Shown here in pieces: positions 18,060 through 28,067 of a DNA stretch of 56,636 nucleotides. The DNA comes from a virus (Duplodnaviria; Caudoviricetes): positions 1 to 56,636 of IMG/VR virus record IMGVR_UViG_3300046167_000031, one strand, 5' to 3'. The notes beneath the pieces are model-generated. The model saw nothing but the letters and a program-made list of their open reading frames with translations, did not search any database and was not told the origin of the DNA. The position numbers and the translations under genes are program-made. Each line of letters opens with the position of its first letter. Position 1 is the stretch's first letter.

Positions 18060-18285
18060 TGGTTTAAGTAAGTATGATGCTCCACTCAAGATACAGTTTG
18101 AGTGGGGCTATGAAGCCTTCAAGAAAGGTAAGTGTGGTAAGGCTAAGAAGGGTTCCTTCATGGCTGACAGCGGCATGGATAGGAATACTATGCAGCATCG
18201 TGAGTGGGTACGTGGATGGAATACTGCATTCTACGATAACCTTGAGAGGATACTGAAACATGAACAAGCTAGAGCAGGAAGCTAA
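18049..18285 (+). CDS. Small protein with RMF-like GY..G / W..GW motif
   Basis: GYEAFKKG...REWVRGWN. Confidence 0.55.
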   Translation: MRRNGLSKYDAPLKIQFEWGYEAFKKGKCGKAKKGSFMADSGMDRNTMQHREWVRGWNTAFYDNLERILKHEQARAGS

Positions 18286-18649
18286 TAACTGGATGAAGGA
18301 GAGACAAATGATGAGTAGTATTACAGCCACTGAGTACCAGATACGTGCTGCTGAGACTGCCATCTTCCCAAAAGAAAAAGCCCTTGAGTATTTAACTCTT
18401 GGGCTTACTGGTGAGGCTGGTGAGATTGCTAACAAAGTAAAGAAGCTGATACGTGATGGTGCTGATGTAGAGGGCTATCAGGAAAGGCTTAGTCAGATTG
18501 CTGCTGAGTTAGGAGATGTCCTCTGGTACTGTGCTATGCTTGCGAATGAAGTGGACACAAACCTTGGCAGTGTCATGGAAGGTAATCTTAACAAGCTGGC
18601 AGACAGGAAGGCTAGGAATAGATTACAGGGTGACGGTGATAACAGATAA
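18260..18649 (+). CDS. mazG: MazG-like NTP pyrophosphohydrolase
   Basis: GLTGEAGE..ELGDVLWY..NLNKLADR. Confidence 0.9.
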   Translation: MNKLEQEANNWMKERQMMSSITATEYQIRAAETAIFPKEKALEYLTLGLTGEAGEIANKVKKLIRDGADVEGYQERLSQIAAELGDVLWYCAMLANEVDTNLGSVMEGNLNKLADRKARNRLQGDGDNR

Positions 18650-18683
18650 AAAGAGGGGGCTTAGTTGCCCCCTTATTTATTTT
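18647..18683. terminator. Bidirectional intrinsic terminator between the convergent arms
   Basis: AGGGGGC-TTAGTT-GCCCCCT flanked by A- and T-rich tracts. Confidence 0.8.
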
Positions 18684-21600
18684 AGCTTACTTCCTATTTT
18701 AGCTATGGCTGTAAGGTCTTTCGTACTAGACAAATCTACCTCTCGCCCTATCTTCTGTTCATACTCAAGTATAGCACGTTGTTGTTTCTCAAGAGGCATA
18801 CGCCTTGCTTTAAGCAAAGCCTTTATGTAACCGGGGTCATCACCAGCTTTAGCACTTACTCTTTTAATCTTAGCTTTTAGTTTATTAAACCTAGTCTTTA
18901 TACGTTCACGTATTCTAATACGTATTTCTTTTTCACTATCACCTCTTGCGCGGTCTTGTTCAGCCTTTCGCATATACTTGTCAATCACACCCGGTAAAAA
19001 GTTGTTGACGGAATCATTTATAATTCTATCTAATGTGCCTATACCTGTCTTACTGTCAAATTCGTATACAGGAAACCCTATCTTTTGCAGGAACTCTTGC
19101 TGGGGTGTGTCCCTTTCCACTACAGATAAACCAGCCAGAAGTTTTAACTCTGGATTAAGTCGTTCCATAGTATCTTCCCTAGTGGCAACTTGTCTTGCAG
19201 GAAGTTCTGCTTCTTGAGTAAAGTCTAGTAAAGGTTTACCCTCATCATCTGTAAGGCCAAGCATTCGCTGCCCACCTTCTAGTGCGCCTGTAACCGTGTC
19301 ATAGTAACCACGTTGTTTAATAGGACGCATAAAGCCTGTTGCAAAAGCAGACCCGGCATCTAAGTTTGGGTCTCCTCTAACATCTTTAACCTCTGTAGTG
19401 CGCATACCTAAAGCACGTTCAGCATCTACAACCATACTGTAAGGCTGTAGTATCCGCGTAGTAATATCACCTAACAATCTACCTGCTGCCTGTGACATAC
19501 GTGCGCCTGTTCCTATACGTGATTCATCTGAAGCAAGTGCAGCAAAGTCATCCAGTAAGTTACCTAGTCCTTGGTTCTGTCTAAAGTTAGTACCCGTAAA
19601 TAGCTTTACAAATTCTTTGCCACCACCCTGACCTTCATACCAAGCCATAGCGTCACCTTCACCGCCTGTTAAATATTTTTCTGCCCACTTAGATATATAG
19701 TTCAGTTGCGGCATTGGGTACTGTGCAGACACATCTACTACTTTATCTTTTACAAATGTCCTTACCTTCTTATAATCTTCTGGCGCATCTCCCGGCAATA
19801 GCTTACTGCCTATATAAACACTGCCCAAAGCGGCTATACCTGCAATATTTCTAGCAGCCATTTCAGCATCCCGACTTCGTTTACCCATAGCCCCGCCATC
19901 TGGGAATAATCTTCTGACCATAGCGATAGGCATACCTGCTACAATCTCACCTACATATTCCATAGACTTAAACATAAATCGTGGAAAAGGAATTACGAAA
20001 GTGCTGCCGGGTATAGCATTAAGAAACTTTAACCCATACTTAAACGGAGCAAAGTCAGGCGCAGCAGCATATGTTTTTTGCAAAGCTTTGTCTGTAGCCT
20101 CTGACATTAGTTCTGCAAAAGGTCTTGCGCCTTCGGGTTTAATAGAGGGTGAATCATTTAGTAAGTCAACTATCTTGCCATTTTGTAGTGCATCTTCTAA
20201 ATCTATTCCATACTCGCGTTTTACCATCATGGATAAATCTGTTCTGAAGTAGGCACGTCTAGTGACAAACTCCTGCAGCCTGTTAGGCCCATTCAAAAAC
20301 TGCACAAAATCTTCAATAGGCTCAAACACAGCATCTGATATACCACCTTCACCCCTGCCAGTATAAGCCATAACTTCATTTACTTGGTCATAGAAACGAG
20401 ATGCTAGCTTATCAAATCCCCTTTGCCCTAGTAGGTAATCTACAAACTCAGCGTTATCAGAAGACAAATCTTTTCCCGCTAAACCCGTAAAAGTATCTCC
20501 TTTCATCTTAGCCATAGCACCCGCACCTGTGCTTTTTATCTTAGCTTTGTCACCAAATGTATAACCATACATTGCAAAGGAATCTTTAAATGCTGCACGT
20601 TTACCAAAGGGTGTGAGGGCTGTTGCAGCTTCTAACGCACCTTCCTTAACTCCAGCAGCAAGCCTTGTAACAGCGGCCCTATCAGCACGAGCAGCAGTGG
20701 CTGAATCAAAACCTCTAGCGGCACGAATAATAGTCTCTTCCATTAAGTTAGTGAGACCTTCCATTGGATAGCGTACTAAAGCGGATTCAAAGTTACGTGC
20801 AGCGGTAGCAAAAGCAGATACCATAGCACCACGCACTACGTTCTCTCCCCTTTTTATGTTCTTTATTATTTTATTTAAACCTTCAGCAGAGCGTCTTAGT
20901 TCATCCTCGTTACTTTCTGACGCACCCTTCCTAGCAGTCTGTCCACCCATAGCTTTTTTCATAGCGGCAAACTTCTGTAGTCCTTGTCCAAACTTACTAG
21001 CTGAACCTACAGTCATCATAATATAGTCGTCCATAGACACACCATATTGATTTAGTATGGCACGTAGTTCATCAGAGGCAAACAAGTTACCCTTTACAGA
21101 TTCATCAAATAGTATATCTATAGTTTTTTTGCCTGTAGTTTTTTTCTTTCCTGTCTTTTTATCTATGACAGTTTTTCGCACCCCTTTAAATGCTTCAGGG
21201 TTGGCTGCTTTAACTTTTGCTATAGTAGCTGTAACAGCATCTAGCTTAGACTTATCTAAAACTAACTCAAGCAAACGAGGATTACTAAAACCACCTATCT
21301 GACCACGAGCATCTTTAATTAATTCAGATACCTCGTCCGACATACCCTTGTCAGGTATCATCGCAGTCTCATCTATAATGTTTTTACCAGCTTCTCTAGC
21401 TTTCTTTGGGTCAACTCTTAGTTTACCATCCTTACCCCTGCTAGATATAACAACATCATTGTTTTTTTCAAACTGTCTGATTAAGTCTTCTTGAATGTCA
21501 CTGTTCTTATCCGCTATTACTTTAGCTGCCGCAGATTTCTCCGCTTGTGATGCAGCAGATGCTTCACGTGCAGCAACCACATCAAACTTACTAGCCCTTT

Positions 21601-22675
21601 CTGCAAAGAAGGCATCTCTGGTTTGTTGTTGTGCAGCCTGTCTATCTTTTAATTTTTTAAAACTCTTACCTATCTCAGTTTTTTGAAAGACTTTCTTTTC
21701 TATATCTTCAGCTATTTTTACAGCAGGTTTTAGCATACCCTTAACAACTCTTTTACCACCCTTAAAGCCAGTAACACCCTCTAAAACAGCCACTGCTCCC
21801 ATAACTACAGGTAAAATATAGTCGGACGCTTCATCGTAGTCTACTCCCTTGGTTCCTTCTTCATTAACTTGAGACATAAATGTTTGGCGGCGTTGACCAC
21901 CCTTCATTTCTTCATATATTTCATTCGCCATAAAAATAAAATTAGGGAGCATTAATATATCAGAAGCACTCAATCCTTCAAGGAAACCTACATTCGGGTC
22001 AGTAACACTTCCTACAGTAGATTCCGCAAAATCTAATGCTGACTTATCACTAACTCCCATTGATTTAAGACCGTCTGTAATAGCAGAAGCGTATGCTTCA
22101 CGTGAAAATACATCCCCACCAGAAAGAGTTTTAGGCTCATAAGGAACTACAGCATCTCCCTGTGAAATGTTTTCCACTTCACTGGGTGACAACTCTTGTT
22201 CTGGCATAGGGTAGTATTTATTTACTAAAGAAGGTTGCTCTTCATTTAATACTTCGCTAAGTTTTTGGGTGTCAAGTCCACTTAGGTACTCTCTTGAATA
22301 GAAAGCATTGCTATCTTGTAGATATTCATCTATCATAGCAGCGTCTTGATTAGGGGTGGGTGTTATAGGCTCTTCTGCTACAGAAGTTTGTGTAACAGAA
22401 GCAGTAGCAGACACAGGAGCAGGTGATACTACACCATCTGCTTGTGCATCTTCTAATTCTAGTTGTCTAAGATAGGCTTCTTCATTATCAGTATCTTCTT
22501 GAGATAGTATTGTCTGGTCTTGGTCTTGTGCATCTTCCTGCTCAAGACGTTTAAGATAAGCCTCTTCATCATCCTCTTCCTCTCCTTGAGAAAGTGATTG
22601 TTGATTGTCCTGCTCATCTTCTAGTTCCAACTGTTTAAGGTAAGCAGCCTCATCATCTGCAAAAAGTTGAGACAC
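18677..22675 (-). CDS. Large internal virion (ejection) protein
   Basis: 1332 aa, last late gene; assignment by size and position. Confidence 0.65.
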   Translation of the reverse strand: MSQLFADDEAAYLKQLELEDEQDNQQSLSQGEEEDDEEAYLKRLEQEDAQDQDQTILSQEDTDNEEAYLRQLELEDAQADGVVSPAPVSATASVTQTSVAEEPITPTPNQDAAMIDEYLQDSNAFYSREYLSGLDTQKLSEVLNEEQPSLVNKYYPMPEQELSPSEVENISQGDAVVPYEPKTLSGGDVFSREAYASAITDGLKSMGVSDKSALDFAESTVGSVTDPNVGFLEGLSASDILMLPNFIFMANEIYEEMKGGQRRQTFMSQVNEEGTKGVDYDEASDYILPVVMGAVAVLEGVTGFKGGKRVVKGMLKPAVKIAEDIEKKVFQKTEIGKSFKKLKDRQAAQQQTRDAFFAERASKFDVVAAREASAASQAEKSAAAKVIADKNSDIQEDLIRQFEKNNDVVISSRGKDGKLRVDPKKAREAGKNIIDETAMIPDKGMSDEVSELIKDARGQIGGFSNPRLLELVLDKSKLDAVTATIAKVKAANPEAFKGVRKTVIDKKTGKKKTTGKKTIDILFDESVKGNLFASDELRAILNQYGVSMDDYIMMTVGSASKFGQGLQKFAAMKKAMGGQTARKGASESNEDELRRSAEGLNKIIKNIKRGENVVRGAMVSAFATAARNFESALVRYPMEGLTNLMEETIIRAARGFDSATAARADRAAVTRLAAGVKEGALEAATALTPFGKRAAFKDSFAMYGYTFGDKAKIKSTGAGAMAKMKGDTFTGLAGKDLSSDNAEFVDYLLGQRGFDKLASRFYDQVNEVMAYTGRGEGGISDAVFEPIEDFVQFLNGPNRLQEFVTRRAYFRTDLSMMVKREYGIDLEDALQNGKIVDLLNDSPSIKPEGARPFAELMSEATDKALQKTYAAAPDFAPFKYGLKFLNAIPGSTFVIPFPRFMFKSMEYVGEIVAGMPIAMVRRLFPDGGAMGKRSRDAEMAARNIAGIAALGSVYIGSKLLPGDAPEDYKKVRTFVKDKVVDVSAQYPMPQLNYISKWAEKYLTGGEGDAMAWYEGQGGGKEFVKLFTGTNFRQNQGLGNLLDDFAALASDESRIGTGARMSQAAGRLLGDITTRILQPYSMVVDAERALGMRTTEVKDVRGDPNLDAGSAFATGFMRPIKQRGYYDTVTGALEGGQRMLGLTDDEGKPLLDFTQEAELPARQVATREDTMERLNPELKLLAGLSVVERDTPQQEFLQKIGFPVYEFDSKTGIGTLDRIINDSVNNFLPGVIDKYMRKAEQDRARGDSEKEIRIRIRERIKTRFNKLKAKIKRVSAKAGDDPGYIKALLKARRMPLEKQQRAILEYEQKIGREVDLSSTKDLTAIAKIGSKLK

Positions 22676-24192
22676 TAGATATACCTATCCCCTGTCCATA
22701 TACGAGTAGCAGTTCCACCATTAGCTGTTTCGTATGTAACGACATCACCGGGCTTTAGCGTTTCTTTGAATGTAGCAGACAAAGATTGAGCCATGTCACG
22801 AGCAGTTTTTTGTTGCTCATCTGGCGCTGCTTTCTTATACTCATTCATCTTTGCTCTCAAAGAACTTCTTTGTCCTGCAATTAGCGCATTCATGGATGGG
22901 TCATTTAATCCTGCTACTTGAGAAGTGACATTATCTAATGCTCTACGCATACTATCAAAGTATTTAGGTTGGTCTGTTCCATCTATTTCTTCTTCAATAA
23001 CTTGACCTAAATCATCGACCATACCAAACGGCTCAAGCTGTCGCTTAATCTCTCCATTAAGAATAGATTGTCTGCTTTCATTAGAAAAGAACTTAGTCTG
23101 CCCGTCCGACTTAGCTGTTTGAGCATTCCATTTAGTTGCCCCTTCAATAGCCCTTCGTAAACCTTCAGAATAGTCGTTCTTCTGTTCTATAGTAAGACCT
23201 CGCTCACCCAACTTTTGTGTGTAGTATACAGCCATCTTTTCAAAATCAGTAAATTGTGGCGGTTCTTTATCTTTTTGCAATTTTAACTGTGCTGTTTCAA
23301 TGCCTAATTCTTTGGCTTCTTTATCTAATATAAACATCTCAGCTTCACGGTCTAACTGTGCATAGCGTTTAAATCTATCCGCTGCATCTACTGCATTTCT
23401 ATATTCTTGCTGAAGAATAGCATTATCTTGGTCTAGCTTTAACCTATCTTCTGCTTCACGTGCAATCTGCATAGCCTGTGTAACTTTACTTTGATTCTGT
23501 TTGAATGCAGACTTGTCCATTTCAAACCTGTCTAGTTTCATTTCTCTATCTTCTGTGTCTTCTTTGTACTTTTGTGCAGCACTAAGCCTTGACCTATCCA
23601 CAGAACCAAACGTACCCGTACTTGCCACAGGTGTAGCAGCAGGTTGTGCATCAAAGCCTACATTCATTTGTTTCTCAAGACGTGCGGTATCTGTATCTGC
23701 ACCAGTACGCCCAAACAACTCGTCTAATCTGGATGGGCCTACGCCATAGTCGGCAGCTTTAAATGCTGTTCCTTGATACTCAGGCATAAGAAGACCCTCT
23801 TCACCACCTGTGTAAGCAGTATCACCAACCTTAAAGTCTTTAAAATCTAGACTTATATCATAACTACCTAACTCATCTGTTCGTTGTCTTACTTTAGATA
23901 AGTAATCTGTTACGCCAGCAACACCACCGCCATCTGCAGCTAAACTGTCAAAAGCAGCTTTAGCCATATCTGCATTGCCGTTAAAACCAGCTAGCAAAGA
24001 CCTATAACCAGCAACTGCTTCTGCATCTTCTTTTTCTTTTTTAATGTCATACTTTTCTTTTTTGGTAGCTTTTGTTTGCATCCAAAACTTTTTAGCAGCA
24101 CTAAGTTCACCATCACGTTTTTCTATAGCCCTCTGTAAACCTTTGTCTACGCTACTGGCTAACCCTGTTGTAAATCCTGTCCAGAAACTCAT
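22675..24192 (-). CDS. Probable internal virion protein
   Basis: MSFWTGFTTGLA start, helical, position in the late arm. Confidence 0.6.
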   Translation of the reverse strand: MSFWTGFTTGLASSVDKGLQRAIEKRDGELSAAKKFWMQTKATKKEKYDIKKEKEDAEAVAGYRSLLAGFNGNADMAKAAFDSLAADGGGVAGVTDYLSKVRQRTDELGSYDISLDFKDFKVGDTAYTGGEEGLLMPEYQGTAFKAADYGVGPSRLDELFGRTGADTDTARLEKQMNVGFDAQPAATPVASTGTFGSVDRSRLSAAQKYKEDTEDREMKLDRFEMDKSAFKQNQSKVTQAMQIAREAEDRLKLDQDNAILQQEYRNAVDAADRFKRYAQLDREAEMFILDKEAKELGIETAQLKLQKDKEPPQFTDFEKMAVYYTQKLGERGLTIEQKNDYSEGLRRAIEGATKWNAQTAKSDGQTKFFSNESRQSILNGEIKRQLEPFGMVDDLGQVIEEEIDGTDQPKYFDSMRRALDNVTSQVAGLNDPSMNALIAGQRSSLRAKMNEYKKAAPDEQQKTARDMAQSLSATFKETLKPGDVVTYETANGGTATRIWTGDRYI

Positions 24193-24689
24193 TACTTTCT
24201 CCGTGCCATCAAGCCTGTAGGCTCTTCATCTTCAACTTCTTTATTTTCAGTTTCTTGTACAACATCTCTATCTTCTATCTTTGCCTCGTATTCCGCTACA
24301 GCTTTAGCTATTGTTGAATCTCGTAGTATAGGTTTATTAGGATTCTCTAAACCTTTGTCATACTTAACTCCTGCGCTATCCCCAATCATCATAAGCATTT
24401 CCATAATCATAGGCAGTACAAGCATACCTACATCTACTGTATGTATACCTTCCATAACGCTTGATAGTTGAATACTATTGGCGATAGATGTAACAGGTAC
24501 GCCAGATTCTAATACCTCTGCTAATTGAACCATAAACTCTTCGCTACTCATACGTTCCATATAGTAGTCTATAGTATCATCTACGGTAGTGAACCTAGCA
24601 GGGTTTTGCCACGGCCTAGAACCTAACTCCATAGTTAGAGACTGACCCGGAATAGGTGCATCAAAGCTAGGTTGATTACTCATCGCCAT
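24192..24689 (-). CDS. Conserved virion-module protein
   Basis: FDAPIPGQSLT..PWQNP motif. Confidence 0.7.
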   Translation of the reverse strand: MAMSNQPSFDAPIPGQSLTMELGSRPWQNPARFTTVDDTIDYYMERMSSEEFMVQLAEVLESGVPVTSIANSIQLSSVMEGIHTVDVGMLVLPMIMEMLMMIGDSAGVKYDKGLENPNKPILRDSTIAKAVAEYEAKIEDRDVVQETENKEVEDEEPTGLMARRK

Positions 24690-24906
24690 TTACTTCGCCT
24701 CTGTACTTTCTTATAACCTGCATTTGTTTTGCTACACGAACAGCAGGATTATTATAGTCTAGTCCATCTGATTTCTTTGACATATTATTAGACCTAGCTA
24801 ATAATCCACCAGTTTTTTCTGGCTCTTTTATAGCTTCTAGTTTTTCAAACCCTGCAATATCCATACGGTTGTAGGCTTCTCTAGCAGCATTATACTGTCT
24901 GGACAT
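24676..24906 (-). CDS. Hypothetical protein
   Basis: Overlaps both neighbours. Confidence 0.6.
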   Translation of the reverse strand: MSRQYNAAREAYNRMDIAGFEKLEAIKEPEKTGGLLARSNNMSKKSDGLDYNNPAVRVAKQMQVIRKYRGEVNGDE

Positions 24907-27664
24907 TGTGCTTTCTCCGTTTCTTGTTTACTACCATATCCATTAATTGTTTGGTAGCCCACTTCAATGGTGGTACTTTAGCAATTAGTTTAGCATAGTT
25001 TTCACCGTGTGTCACGTACAATTTCTTAAACCATTTAGGTGCATCATACTGTAGCCATGTACGGAACACAAACCACTCAGCATTTTGATTGCCATAAACC
25101 TCACGTGCTACCCAACAAGTACCAAGTAAATAAGCACTACCTAATGTACCAATTAAACTTCCAATAGCATTTCCTGATGCGGAACTTCTTGCAGCAGATG
25201 AAGCAGCCGCCGATGTAGCTGCGTCCAACTCAGCAATAGCCATAGCACTGTACCTGTCTAGTTCGCTTTCAGCAGAAGTCCATGCCCACTCCATAGTATC
25301 ACCATAGTGGTTCCATAAGTTACTGTATGCTTGCTTACTTATATCTAAGATAGCGTTAGCGTTAAGTTCGTTAGCACGATTGACTGCAGCAGTGTCTGCT
25401 GTAGCTATCTGCCTACGCCACTGTGCATTAGCCTGTGCAATTACCATTTGGTTCTGTGCATTATACTGGTCACGCTGGTTATTCAGTTCAGCATTAAAGC
25501 GGTTGACTGTGTTAGTTTGACCTGCATTATACTGTGCCTGTGCGTTAGCCTGTGTCGCATTGAACTGTGATACTTGTGAGCCAAGCTGCTGGAAGAACTG
25601 GTCAACTTGATTCTGGCTAGATGCGTTAAACTGTGCAGCAGCATTGGTAGCAGCTTGGTCTGTGAACATAGACTGCACACGCTGTTGTGCTTTAAACAAG
25701 TCTGTTTGTTGGCGATTAGATAGGTTAGCCATATCTGTCTGCAGGAATGACTGAGCATTCTGTACTGCTGACTGTTGACGATTAGATAGGTTCTGTGTAT
25801 CTAACTGTGCCAATGCAGATGCTTCAGCCATGACCATTGCCTGTGAGTTAGACAGGTTGTTTAGGTTCATGGTGTTAGTAGCACGAGAGTTCTCTAGCTG
25901 TACCTGCTGTTCAGCAGTGAAATTCATATTAGCTATATCGCCAATACGTGCAGAGTTCTGTACTCGTGTTTGAAACTCTTGGTCAAACTCCTGACCCATA
26001 AATTTAGCACGTTGCTGTGCTGCAAGCATAGCTATCTGTTGCCTATTAGATAGATTCTGCCCTTCAAACTGTGCCTGTATCTGTGCATCAGCCTGTGCAA
26101 TAGGTAATGCTGATTCCATTGCAGCTTGTACAATAGCTTGACCTGCAAGAGATGATGCACCTAAACCACGTGCCGCCATTGCTGCGTTGGCATTACGGAT
26201 AGCACCTGCTGCCCATGCTGGTGTGTTACCACCAACAAACTGCTGCATTAATCCATCAAGCTGTCCCTGCACCATAGCTGCTTGTGTAGGTGTAGTCTGT
26301 GCAGCCTGTATCTGTTCAGTAAACTGTGCGGCAGTAGCAGCATCAGCTACACCAGAGATTAATTCACCCTGTTGTATCTGCCGTTGTACTGGATTATTAA
26401 TAAGAGAAGCATTACCCTGTGCAGCCTGTAGATTACCTACTGATGAGGCAGTCTGTTGTGCTGCAGTTACCTGCGCACGCGGGTCAGCCGGATTAGCCTG
26501 TGCAGCCTGTGTAGCTTGCATAGCTGCATCCACTGCAGGAGCCGCCTGTGCAGCTTGCATTGTGTTTGCTTGTGATGGGGTAATCTGCTGTGCTGATGAG
26601 GCTGCAGCAGTGGCTGTAGGCACAGCAACGCTACCTGTGAGAGTGCCTGTTCCAGTGGCAATGTCTTGTGATGCATCATATGGAGTTGCTGCAGCAATAG
26701 TTGTACCACCAATAGGGACACCCGGCTGATACATTTGCTCTACAGTAAACTGACCAATCTCAGGCTGTCCTGCTGGAACATTGGTTGTAGGTACAGCAAC
26801 AGGAGTACCTGCTTGTGTATTCTGTGGGTTAGTTACCTGACCACCTGAAGCAAAGTTTTGTACAGCTTGTTGACCTTGAGGTACATACTGTGTATTAGCT
26901 AATTGATTCTGATAGGCTTGAGCCGCTGCAGCATAGCCTTGATTAAGAGGTACGTATTGTGTATTAGTTAAATCAGGCGGCGCACCCGGTGTACCCGGAT
27001 TAGGTTGCAGTTGTGCGTTAGTAAAAAACGCATTAGTAGGATTAGATGAAGGTTCAGCTTGTTGAGCAGCAGCGGCAGCAGCGTCAGCCTCTGCCTGTGC
27101 AGCAGCCCGTTGCGCAGCATAATACTCTTGTGTAGCAGCAAAGTTATTATTAGCTGCAGCAGCTACTTCGTAAGGAACATCCCTAGCCATTGGTATAGGC
27201 CTACCATCCTGCGTAGCCGAAGCAAGACTACTAGAACCTGCCTGTCTATTTGCTGTAGTATCTTGACTAGAACCTATGTATACTCTTTTATACTCTTGGT
27301 CAGCCCCACCTCGTCCAACAGGCACAGTGTAAAAACTTGACCCCTCACCCATCGCTTCATTCTCAAAAGATGGAATGCCCATTGGACCCGGCCTACCTGA
27401 ACCACCATGCGCCTTTAACAACTCACCCTCTTGTGGTGTGATGTAGGCAAGCATATGGTCTTGGCCTTTGATTTCAGTACGGCGTGGTGGTACTGCACCG
27501 CCCTGTGCCATCTTTACTGCAGCATCATTATACATACTCATCTGCTGCTGTCGTGCAGGGTCTTGTTCAATATACTGTTGAAACTGTCCCATGTCACCCT
27601 GATAGCCCATAGCTTTAGCAATCTTGTTCATGGCTTGTGGTTTAAACGCTTTAAACTGCATCAT
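24890..27664 (-). CDS. Gln/Ala/Asn-rich internal virion protein with C-terminal CWVAREVYG domain
   Basis: Low-complexity QFN/AN repeats; CFI-box-like C-terminus. Confidence 0.7.
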   Translation of the reverse strand: MMQFKAFKPQAMNKIAKAMGYQGDMGQFQQYIEQDPARQQQMSMYNDAAVKMAQGGAVPPRRTEIKGQDHMLAYITPQEGELLKAHGGSGRPGPMGIPSFENEAMGEGSSFYTVPVGRGGADQEYKRVYIGSSQDTTANRQAGSSSLASATQDGRPIPMARDVPYEVAAAANNNFAATQEYYAAQRAAAQAEADAAAAAAQQAEPSSNPTNAFFTNAQLQPNPGTPGAPPDLTNTQYVPLNQGYAAAAQAYQNQLANTQYVPQGQQAVQNFASGGQVTNPQNTQAGTPVAVPTTNVPAGQPEIGQFTVEQMYQPGVPIGGTTIAAATPYDASQDIATGTGTLTGSVAVPTATAAASSAQQITPSQANTMQAAQAAPAVDAAMQATQAAQANPADPRAQVTAAQQTASSVGNLQAAQGNASLINNPVQRQIQQGELISGVADAATAAQFTEQIQAAQTTPTQAAMVQGQLDGLMQQFVGGNTPAWAAGAIRNANAAMAARGLGASSLAGQAIVQAAMESALPIAQADAQIQAQFEGQNLSNRQQIAMLAAQQRAKFMGQEFDQEFQTRVQNSARIGDIANMNFTAEQQVQLENSRATNTMNLNNLSNSQAMVMAEASALAQLDTQNLSNRQQSAVQNAQSFLQTDMANLSNRQQTDLFKAQQRVQSMFTDQAATNAAAQFNASSQNQVDQFFQQLGSQVSQFNATQANAQAQYNAGQTNTVNRFNAELNNQRDQYNAQNQMVIAQANAQWRRQIATADTAAVNRANELNANAILDISKQAYSNLWNHYGDTMEWAWTSAESELDRYSAMAIAELDAATSAAASSAARSSASGNAIGSLIGTLGSAYLLGTCWVAREVYGNQNAEWFVFRTWLQYDAPKWFKKLYVTHGENYAKLIAKVPPLKWATKQLMDMVVNKKRRKHNVQTV

Positions 27665-27882
27665 TTATTTAATGCCCTATCTAACTTATCTTCTACACGA
27701 TGTAATGCTTCCATAACACGGTTCATGTCTTCACGTAACTCCGTACGGGTAGCGTATTCTTCACGTGTCCTGTTCATTAGTATATCCATGCGCTTTATCT
27801 CTTTAGTCATACCACTAAGATACCATGCACCACCCATAACTACTATACCAATTAAGGTGTCTATGATGTGTACTAAGTCCAT
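27661..27882 (-). CDS. Small TM + coiled-coil protein
   Basis: N-terminal hydrophobic helix. Confidence 0.65.
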   Translation of the reverse strand: MDLVHIIDTLIGIVVMGGAWYLSGMTKEIKRMDILMNRTREEYATRTELREDMNRVMEALHRVEDKLDRALNK

Positions 27883-28067
27883 CAGTCAGCATCTGCAATG
27901 GTTAGTTCGCCAGCAGCTACCTGACGCATGATTTCTGCGTAGTGACGGTTGGATTCATCTATGGGAACCCACGACTCAACCGCGTCAATAGTCGCTTTAA
28001 CGGCAGTGTTTTTATTATCTGGGTTGTCTAAAGGAGCCTTCATATATTTAGCATTTTTTATAATCAT
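27882..28067 (-). CDS. Probable tail-fibre assembly chaperone
   Basis: VPIDESNRHY..IADAD motif downstream of a fibre gene. Confidence 0.55.
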   Translation of the reverse strand: MIIKNAKYMKAPLDNPDNKNTAVKATIDAVESWVPIDESNRHYAEIMRQVAAGELTIADAD

